18,453 bases of DNA, taken from positions 1-18,453 of the forward strand of contig JBHGNT010000647.1 of NCBI GenBank assembly GCA_043228905.1, in the 5' to 3' direction. The notes under the pieces are model-generated. The model was not told where the DNA came from and ran no database searches. It worked only from the letters and a program-made list of their open reading frames with translations. Below are positions 9,912-18,453 of the stretch, one piece after another. A program made the translations under genes and the position numbers. The stretch comes from Azolla caroliniana. Its lineage: Eukaryota; Plantae; Polypodiophyta. The number at the start of each line of letters is the position of its first letter. Position 1 is the first letter of the stretch.

Positions 9912-12699
9912 ATGAGTGAAGATTCACCGTTCTCGATTGAAGAATATTGTCTGTCATCAGACTCATCGTTTTCTACTGAAGAGTATTGTTTGTCGACAGA
10001 CTCACCATATTCTATTGAAGAATATTGTCTGTCGACAGACTCACCATATTCTATCGAAGAATATTGTCTGATCTCATCTTCACCTACAGGGAATGTAAAT
10101 AATGACACAAGTGAAGAGTTCTCTATTGAAGAATACGATATTAATAAAGATACGGAGAATGAAGGTAGTGCCAATGAAACATCGAATAACATTGGCAATG
10201 GTCACAACAAAGAATTAGATTGTAACAAGGTTACACCAACCTCTATGCAAGAAGAGAAATCTGGAAGCCCTATGCATATTAGAAGAATCCCACGAAGAAT
10301 TTGTCTAGCTAGATTTAGCTTGGTGACATCAGATAAACAGATTGGATTTGATGTCAAAAAAATATGTTGTGCCCGTGGTTGTATGTCTATGATTGGAAAA
10401 TCAAAGTTGCGAGAATTAAGGTGATACTATTTTTCGATGACTGGTGATGAGCAAGAAACTTACCTCGGGTCACATATGCAACTAGTATCTGACAAATGTA
10501 CGGGGATCAAAGTATCATTCGAGTATTATATCTTCCATGCGCAACAGATATGTAGAGTTGCATTCAAAATTGCATTATGTGTTAGTAACATGTGACTACA
10601 TAGAGTACAACAACGTCTACTTAGTAGGGATCAGATGCTCAATTGTAAAGAGGTTCCAAGTATGAAAGGTGCAATTGGAAGACATGCTATTGGTTGGATG
10701 AAAAGTTACTTTCAGTTAAATTGTGAAGTAATGCCTACTACAGGTAGAATGCACCTTTCTGATAATTATACACGTCGGGAAGTTTATGATGTTTATCGAT
10801 CTGATATGGTGGGCTCACGTAATAAGTCTATCACCTATAGCCAATTCACAAGATTATGGAGAGCTCGGTGTTTTCAAATGTTATCATTCCACGTAAAGTA
10901 CGCATGGGGTATTGCTCCATTTGTGCAAATCTTAAAAGTTTGGCTAAAGGTGCAAAGACATCAATGGAAAGGATATGAGTAAGAAGTCACTACAAGAGCA
11001 TCGTGAGGCACAATCGTTAGAACGAAAGAAGGCGATGCATCATAGAGAGAAGTTTTTGAAGTGGCCCGAACAATACATGTGCTTAATGATAGATGGCATG
11101 GACTAGAAGAAGACGTGCTTGCCGCATATGCGGAGGCTCCCCAAAGATGTCAATGATGAGTGCCTTGTTCAAATGCACTTGGTGGGATGCTTGGCTTATA
11201 ATAGGTCTGTTGGACCTCACGTCTTCATTACATACCCCAATGTTCACAATGACCCTAACCTAACAGTTACAGTGATTCACCGAGTTTTGATGTCTTGGGG
11301 CCAACCTTTCCCCCCTGTTCTATACATTCAATTGGACAATACTGCTAGAGAGAACAAAAATTCAACTGTGTTTGGCTATCTAAGTATGTTGGTCAACCAA
11401 GGATTGTTTAGGAAAGTGAAAGTCAATTTTCATTTGGTTGGCCACACACATGACAATATAGATCAAATGTTTAGTACATTCTCTAGACAGTTGTCTTGGC
11501 ATGATGGTTTCACATTACCTAAACTATTTGATGTCATTTGTGATGTATATACACCACGCCCAAAAGTGTTACACTTGAAGGAGGTATATGACTTTAAGAG
11601 ATATATATCAGATGGGGGTGTTGGGAATGTTAAAGTGCTTGCCCAGTTAAACAATATAAGCTTCAATCACATTTTTATGATAAAGAAAAATGAAATAAGT
11701 GGTTCTACACTTTTGTATGCTAAACAATATTCATCTTCTACAACATGGGAACCTAAAGGTGGTTGCCAGTTATTACTTTGTATGCCGAGTACAATTGTCC
11801 ATGGAGCTAAGCAAATGCCAATTCAAAAGAAAGGACAGTTGCAGAGTGACTTGGTATCGGAACAACAACGGTTATGGCTCCAAGCCTTAGAAGAAAAAAT
11901 AAAGCATATTGAGGCCGCCAAGAAATATGCCGCACAACAAGACACGTCATGGTGGGATGTATTTTTATAGTGATTAGAAAGGAATTATAGACAATTGTGT
12001 ATTTGGCAATAATTGGAATTTGGAAATGCCATTCACATGGTCGCTGCAACATGATCGTGTAAATAGAACTCCGGAGCAACCAGCAAATGCGATTAATGAC
12101 AGCTTGGTCCATCCACAACAAAGAGACATTTATGTGGGACCAAGGATGACCAAAGCAGCCGAAGCTAGATGGCAAGGCAATTTGCAAGAGCTCACCGCGG
12201 GGATGTTGATTGCAACGCCGGCTGATGAGAACTCACATGGCCACCAATTTTGGGTTGGTAAAATGTAGAAGTGCTAATGCATGAAATAGAAAACACGATC
12301 AAGTCTATAAATGTTCATTGGTACAACACTAGAAGTGCAAATGCTTTTACAGGTAAGTATACATTGGAGATGATTGAATGCCCAACAACAAGGGGAGGTA
12401 GGAAGAGGAAGCGAAACATTCGTAACACCTCGACCCTTGATATCTCTGATGTGGATATCATCGTGTATGACTTCACCCTTACAAAAGCCGGACGATTAAG
12501 GAAGTCAACAATAGATATAATAAAAGAAAAATTACCAAGTCTACAAGGTGGCTCGAGTCAAAGGCAAACGAGATCTGCTACATATAATCTAGAGTCAAAC
12601 CATTTGGTTTATGACGAAGATAATGCACTGATTGGTACATCTGAGGATGACGAGGAGGAATCGTCATTGTATATTAGTTATAGTAGTGATTCTCTGTAA
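9912..12699 (+). pseudogene. DDE-type transposase, Sola-like/DUF7869-type, with stops and frameshifts
   Basis: Joining ORFs 9912, 10635, 11119, 12020 and 12271 gives CCARGC, CRVAFKIALCVS, RMGYCSICANL (after a frameshift at ~10870), MCLMIDGMD*KKTCLP (D at 11092), LYIQLDNTARENKN (D at 11335) and FHLVGHTHDNIDQMFS (11452/11461). The superfamily call is from motif recall, not a search. Confidence 0.75.
9921..10076 (+). repeat. 39-bp coding tandem repeat x4 (DSPYSIEEYCLST) at the transposase N-terminus
   Basis: Seen in ORF 9912..10424; a partial fifth copy (EFSIEEY) lies at ~10116. Confidence 0.9.
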
Positions 12700-13020
12700 A
12701 GGAGTGATCATGAATGTATATTTGGCTATTAAGTGTAACTACATTCCGCTTGTAACAAATCGAGTAATATAAAAGCATGTGTTTTGAGTTCTTATGATTT
12801 CTAAAAAATCGTTTCTTATAAAATAACATTGGTTGTAAAGTTTGTGATATAAATTGAGAATGTAACTTTTTGAAATTCGTCTTTTTTTAGTTACTTCTAA
12901 ATCACGAAAATAGTGGATTTTTAACCTTTTTCATAGTATGTCTGAACATGTATGATACTGGTATCAATGTGTTTTGTAAAATCATTGAAAAAGCCCTAAA
13001 ATCAACCAAGTTTTCCCTTA

Positions 13021-13628
13021 TCCTTCCATTTATGCGCAATCCTTCCACTTCTGAATGCGAACGTGTTTATACCACTTAGGTCGAAGGTGTGTTAGTTCTT
13101 CTTCTTCTTACTTTAGAGTTCTTTGAGATCTTCTTCTTCGTGTCTGTTTAGGGTTTTAGCCCGGTGAAGAGCTTGGATGTTCTGTGGGGACTTACTTCTG
13201 CTCGGCCTCCTGTGCAAGACCCCGCTCGGCGTGACAAGCCCGAGAGCTCCCCGACGGCGGCTTAGCAGTAGACTGCTGTTGTGACCTAGGCTACCTTAGT
13301 CCGGCTCGGAGCCGGAGTTATCTTTCTCTTGTACATACATATATATATATATAGTGAAGTTTTGTGCATCTGTGTCTTTGTCGATGTCTTTGGAGTTCCT
13401 TCTTTCTGGTTTCTGTACATAGGATGTGTGTGCCTAGTAAGTGTTGCGTGCACGCCCTTTTCCCCCCTCCCATATGGTTGCTTCTTGTACGTGTCCGGAA
13501 ACGCTCTGGTTGGTGTCTTGGCCGGTCGCGGGAAGAAGTGAGGCTTGACCTTCCATACCCCATCTCTCTCTCGTCCGAGACCCCCGTGGTCCCGCCCCTT
13601 CTACATGCACGTACGTCACAACGCGACA
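13021..13628 (+). mobile_element. Gypsy-type LTR (3' LTR or solo; 5' boundary uncertain) related to the LTR at 17380-17923
   Basis: Ends ..CCGAGACCCCCGTGGTCCCGCCCCTT..CGCGACA (13628). Over ~300 bp it is colinear with the reverse complement of 17380-17700 (TATCTTT..CTTGT..ATATAT..TTTGTGCAT). No PBS follows. Confidence 0.75.
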
Positions 13629-16600
13629 ACATGCCCCGTTGTTGGCCCTTCGCTTGGCCGTATGCATGCTCCGCTCTCCGCATACTGATGTCCTCAGCGT
13701 ACGAGGAACACCCCGTAGTAGCCTGCTTGGCCACTTTCATCTTGCGCTTCTGCCACCGGTTCGGAGCCTTCCACTTGCCGTCGTCCCCTCACCCCCACCA
13801 ACTTGTTATCTCGGGTTTGGCACGCCACGCCAGTCGTTGCTATTCCGACTAAGCCGTTGAGATCTCTGAAGCGGGTGTGGAGGATCCTCCTCCGAACCTT
13901 GATATTGACTCATGTCTTCAACCGTGCAGCTTGTAGTGCGCCCTCGTCCACGTTCCCGGCATCATTGTGTGTCGTCTTCTGTTCCCTTGATCGGTGCCAC
14001 CTGCACCGAACACCGTCCCTTAGTCGTGCTTTGATTCGGCCCTTGATGGCCAGTTGCATGATTCTTCTTCAGCTCTGGGTGTGCCTTTCCGGCCCTGCAC
14101 ACCTTCTCATGCTTACCTTGCCGGCCCTTCGGAAACCGTAACCGGCTAGTTAAGGTTTCGCAACCCAACTACCCCATCTTGCCGGCTCTCGTTGTTGCCG
14201 GGTCCCATTTCCCGTCGTGACCGTCTTTCTCCTTGGTCTTACGTCGCCTCGCCGGCTTGCACTACCAAGGTCTCCGGAACCGATGTGAGGACCCCCATAG
14301 GACCGGTCTTTCTTTCTCTTCTCCTGCCTTCCGCGTTGTCTTCCGGCCCGACTTCGGTTAGTGGCTGATTGCCGCCCCCTTTTGCTTGATCCCGTTCACC
14401 TGCCACCACAATCCTCCTCACTCGGTCTCACGTTGCCATGTCGGCTTGAACTGCCGGTGTCTCCGGATTGGTGTGAGGATCGCCGTAGGATCGCCCATCC
14501 GCACTCCCTACATTGCCAGTTCCCGTTTCCTACCGCCACCATGCTTCATACTCGGGCTCACGTTGCCACGTCGGCTTGAATTGCTGATGTCTTCGGATTG
14601 GTGTGAGGATCCCATAGGATCAGTCTTCTCTTTCCGCTTTGTCCCTTTTTCCATCGACCTTGCCGGAAGGTCCGGTTTTTGTTTGCGGCCGCCTCGCCGG
14701 CCCGATACCTCCTTGCCGCTCTACCTTTGTCACCCAATCACGTTCACCTGCCGCCACCGTCCTTTCCTATAGGACTCACGACGGCACTCAGGCCGACTGT
14801 TGGATCGGTGTGAGGATCTCGCGGGACCTCCCCCTTTGCCTTCCCTTGCCTTCGTCCCCTTCCCGTTACTCTAGGTCTCATGCCGGCTCTCGAGCCGACC
14901 GCCGGAATTTGTAGAACCGGTGTGAAGGATCCTCCTTGGGCTTGTCGTATTTCTGACCCTTATCCCGGGTTGTCTTTGTCCACTCGTTGCACACCCTCTC
15001 CCGTGGCACCGTCATACCGCATTCCTGGCCTCTTCGTAGGTATGCTCTCTCCCCTCTTCTGGATCGATTATCTTGAAGTCCGCTCCACCCGGTTCTCGTC
15101 CGGGTCCGACCGTCATTCTCTAGATTGCTGGGTCCCGTTCTCCTACCACCACCGTCAATATCTTGGTCTTACGTTGGATCCGATGCCGACCGCTGAAATC
15201 TCTAGCCTGGTGTGAGGTGACCCATAGGACCGGTCTTCGTTCTCTGCTTGCTAGGTCCCGATTCCTGCTGCCACCGTCCTTCTCCTTGGTCTTACGTCGC
15301 CTTGCCGGCTTGCACTGCCAAGGACTCCGGAACCGATGTGAGGACCCCCATAGGACCGGGTCTTCGTTCTCCCTATCTGAATCAGTTGTATTGGTCGTGA
15401 CCTCTACGTCCTCACCGCCACTTTCCGTCTCTTAGGTCTTCCATTGGGTCACGGACGCAACCGCCTAAGTCTCGGGAATGAGTGTGGAGGACCCATACTT
15501 TAGTCAACCGTCTCTTCCATTTCTCTCCGTTGCCGTCATCCCCCTTTCTTGCGCTTCCCCAACATCTCCCTTCTCTTTCGGTCTCACGTTGCCATGTTGG
15601 CTCAAACTGCCAAAGTCTCCGGTCAAGATCTGGGGTAACCAATTTCGTAATGACTCCCGGCGACTCGTCCCAGGCCACCGACCCTTTTAGTGGTGTCAGT
15701 GGATAGCATCCTCTCTGTGATCAACCAAGGCCCTCCTAGGCTTGATTCTCCAATGTCTGGAGTTTCGGCTCCGATGCCGATCCTGCCGGACGCGTTCTGA
15801 ACCCTTGATCACCTCCGTTTTGATTCCTGACCTTTGCCTGGTCGGTCTTTCTCCCCATGTAAAAGAGGGAGGCTCGTTCCACACCCTCTCACGTATCAGC
15901 ACCTTCATGCCGATTCTGGCCCTGGTCGAACAATCCATGACCGGATCGTGCTCCACCCGAATCGGAGCGCCGTGCGGTTCAGTCTCCGATCGGGTTGTTT
16001 CTTGGCCTCTTCGTCGACCTTCTCGTGGGCCACTTCCCATCCATCTTCATTGGCATCGTGCTAGGACTCCTCGATACCATCATCCATCTCCTCGGTTGCG
16101 TGGGCATAAGGGCCCAAATGCCGAGTTCTCCGGAATTGGTTTTGAGGGCTTTTGTCCGCTCCTTCCTTGTATCATCTCGCTGGCGATTCTCGGTCTCACA
16201 CCGCCACCTTCCTCCTCTTGGGACTCACGTGGGCACTCGGGCTCGATTGCCATTGTCTTGGGAGCAAGTGTGGGAACACACGTAGAACTGCCCGTCCTAT
16301 TTGCGCCTTTTTCCATAGCCACCTGCTCTTCGTGGTCGGTGGCCATCCCCTTACCGATTGCGTAAGCCCCGCCTGGGCTTGCTTCTCTAATGTCCGGAGC
16401 CTTGGGCTGACGTGCCCAAAACCACCAGTTCCAACGTTCCGATTCTGCGATCGATATCTCGGCCTTGTCCTTGGCCGTTCTATCTCTGCAATCCGAGAAC
16501 GTGTTTTGTTCCGCACCCTCTCCCATGGTACCGTGGTACTAGTCTTTTGCCATCTCATGGGGCAAGTCCGTCTCCTCAGCGTTGGTTTGCGGCCTCGTTC

Positions 16601-17342
16601 TTTCCTCTTCCTCGAGCATTGCCTCAAGAGCTACGAATGCCTTTGCAATCCTGACCGCGAAGCCGAGCCTTGCCGATTCACTTTGCCGTTCAACCTCTTC
16701 CCGCTGTGATGGCGCGCTTTCGCGCGCCTTCCTCCCAGTCTTCTCAGCTCGCTTGACATCTAGCCGTTGGCATACCCTTCCAACCTTCGACTAGTCCTCC
16801 GTAAGGTCATTCACTCCGTCGTCGTCTTCGAGCTCAATCCCGATGGCCTCCCGATCCGCTTGGTCGATCGACCTAACGAACAACAAGACTTTGTCTGCCC
16901 CCACCAAACCTTGCTCCCGCTCTGGGAGCTGAGCAAGCCGTCGCTCGAACTCTGGGAACGCCTTCGTTGCGCCCCGGTGGGTCTTCGTCGATGCCACCCA
17001 CTGGTCGAAGCCGCGTTGTCCCCCATATGCCTGTAGGAGCGCCTATTTGAAGACCTCCCACGAACTATGAGCTTACCGGAGCTCCTTCACTTCCGCGTGC
17101 ATACGGACGACGACGACTCGACAGAAGAACTCCAGCCTCAACGCCTCATCTACGTCTCGTTCCTCCATTTCCGCGTTCTAGGCTTCCAAGTGGAATGGGA
17201 CTTTGTCCCCGTTGAAATGGCTGACTCTTTCGACCACTCGCTCAACAGCTTGCTACGCCGTCTCTGTTCTTGTTGTTGCTCGTCCAAACTCCCTCACCGC
17301 TTCGACCAAGAGTTGCGCGAAGTCGTCTTCTTCCAACTCCAT
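13629..17342 (-). pseudogene. gag: Internal region of a tRNA-Trp-primed Gypsy element: degenerate gag followed by repeat-rich sequence with no recognisable RT
   Basis: ATG at 17342. Fragments FNGDKVPFHLEA*NAEME..WEVFK*ALLQAY, FERRLAQLPERE..DKVLLFVRSID..LEDDDGVNDLTED, and a possible protease remnant ALVDH (~15725). Many stops and frameshifts. Confidence 0.65.
13870..15640. repeat. Dispersed degenerate internal repeats (~9 copies; core GGTCTYACGTTGCC..GGTGTGAGGAYCCCATAGGACCGGTCTT)
   Basis: Core at ~13874, 14284, 14470, 14600, 14807, 14919, 15209, 15336 and 15482. 14221-14310 and 15274-15364 are nearly identical. Confidence 0.75.
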
Positions 17343-17357
17343 TCTCCCTTGCCGCCC

Positions 17358-17375
17358 TTCACATCGGGTTCACCA
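17358..17375 (-). other. Primer binding site complementary to tRNA-Trp
   Basis: TGGTGAACCCGATGTGAA on -, 4 nt after the LTR end. It matches 17/18 to the plant tRNA-Trp 3' end as I recall it (TTCACGTCGGGTTCACCA). Confidence 0.85.
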
Positions 17376-17379
17376 GAGA

Positions 17380-17923
17380 TGTCGCATTATTACGCGCGTG
17401 CGTGTCAAAAGGGCGGGACCACGGGGGTCTCGGACGAGGGAGGAAGGGATGCCGAGAAAACCGACTCCGGACACAACCCGGAGGCAACCAAACACGAGAG
17501 GGAGAGAGAGAAGAGAGAGAGAAGAGAGAGAGAAGAGAGAGAGAGAGAGCATGCGCGCGACACCGACTCTTATACACACAGGAAACAAGAAAGGGTTGTG
17601 CTCCCGGCACCACCAAATACACCAATATGCACAAACCGATACGATTATATATATAACAAGGGAAAAGATACAACCATGGCTTCCAGCTGGCTACGCTCAT
17701 TAGAAGAGAAGTTAACCTAACAACTTTGCCACCATAGCTGCGGCGCCCGACTTCGCAAGAAGGAGAAGAAGAAGAAAAGAAACAAGAAGTTACTAACCCT
17801 AGGAACCCTTAACAAAAGAAAAGACCCTCTACAAAACGGTATACCCTTACGACTCAAAATGGGCAACCCCATACAAGAGAACCCTTCCTTCCTTTTATAG
17901 CCCAAGGAGGGAAGGACGTTACA
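17380..17923 (-). mobile_element. 5' LTR (544 bp) of the Trp-primed Gypsy element
   Basis: On - TGTAACG (17923) .. GCGACA (17380); CTATAAAAGG at 17900-17891; (GA)n tract ~17495-17549; followed by the PBS. Confidence 0.88.
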
Positions 17924-18103
17924 ATGTGGGATAAATCCATATTACATGGGATCCTCTGTCCCAACTTTATTGCCTATTCGGCGCCACAAAGGCACCCCTT
18001 TGCCCTTATGCTAATTTTGTACAAGGGTGCGTGCACATGGTGCACCTTGCCGATCCTCCCAATATTCTCCGATTTCTCACTGAGGCCCGAAATCTTCATG
18101 ACA
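17924..18103 (-). mobile_element. 5' fragment of another LTR inserted in Copia pol and itself interrupted at 17923
   Basis: Copia homology stops at CTDCLV, where TGTCATGAAG begins on - (18103). The TGTCATGA terminus is the same as that of the LTR at 1810. Confidence 0.65.
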
Positions 18104-18453
18104 TCGACCAGGCAATCGGTGCACTTCTCAAGATGCACGTGCTTCACCGGAATGAGGTTGTCTTCGGCTAGCCTCCTCATCCCCTTCTCGCTCATGTGAC
18201 ACAGTCTCTTGTGTCACAACTCACCGGTAGTGTCGGAAGCAGTGTTCACTTCTTCCGGGCTTAATCGGGCATTAATCAGGTACAATGTGTTGACCTTCCG
18301 GGCCTGAGCCACTATTAGGCTCCCCTTGGTGAACTTCATGACACTGTTCTAAATGCTACCCATATAGCCTTCATCATCTAGCCGATCAGCTGATATCAGG
18401 TTCAGTCGAACCTTCGGAACGTGTCGGACATCCTTCAGCAACAACTTGCATCC
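18104..18453 (-). pseudogene. pol: Ty1/Copia pol fragment (protease C-terminus and GAG-pre-integrase domain)
   Basis: LLLKDVRHVPKVRLNLISADRLDDEGY..LYLI..L*HKRLCHMSEKGM..CTDCL, with in-frame stops. Confidence 0.9.

Larger units (their letters stand above)
4473..13020. mobile_element. Putative two-gene DNA transposon (Sola-like/DUF7869-type DDE transposase + ParB-like/amino-methyltransferase cargo); termini not defined
   Basis: AT-rich block between LTR sequences, carrying a divergent gene pair with similar decay. The left end is cut by the Copia insertion. The right end is estimated from the switch to LTR sequence near ..TTTTCCC|TTA (13017-13020). No TIR pair is visible. Confidence 0.6.

Noticed and set aside
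12946-12962. ACATG as TSD partner of 13629-13633, making 12951-13628 a solo LTR
   Set aside because: The following bases are TA rather than TG, and the flanks on the two sides are unrelated sequences.
13318-17720. Many overlapping + strand ORFs (e.g. 15742..16365, 17067..17720)
   Set aside because: GC-rich antisense or LTR frames with no recognisable domains.

Overview
Eukaryotic, transposon-dense window, most likely from a non-seed land plant (inferred from a Tcn1-like chromovirus and a tRNA-Trp-primed Gypsy). Both flanks are nested, decayed LTR retrotransposons. Left: Copia RT/RNaseH (1-1285), chromovirus 3' LTR + integrase-chromodomain (1286-~3116), Copia gag + PBS + 5' LTR (~3117-4472). 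Right: a + strand LTR (~13021-13628), a Trp-primed Gypsy 5' LTR + degenerate gag (13629-17923), another LTR fragment (17924-18103) and a Copia pol fragment (18104-end). The centre (~4473-13020) is a putative DNA transposon with two divergent genes. On + is a Sola-like/DUF7869-type DDE transposase (9912-12699). On - is a six-exon gene (9107-4848, ~974 aa by my splice model) fusing a ParB/Srx-like domain to a bacterial-type beta-class N4-C/N6-A DNA methyltransferase. Intron 1 of that gene holds nine 29-bp palindromes at 51-bp spacing with a strictly alternating central base. This transposase + ParB-MTase + phased palindrome array module is the best candidate for an undescribed system. This copy is pseudogenised, mostly by stops compatible with C-to-T changes.
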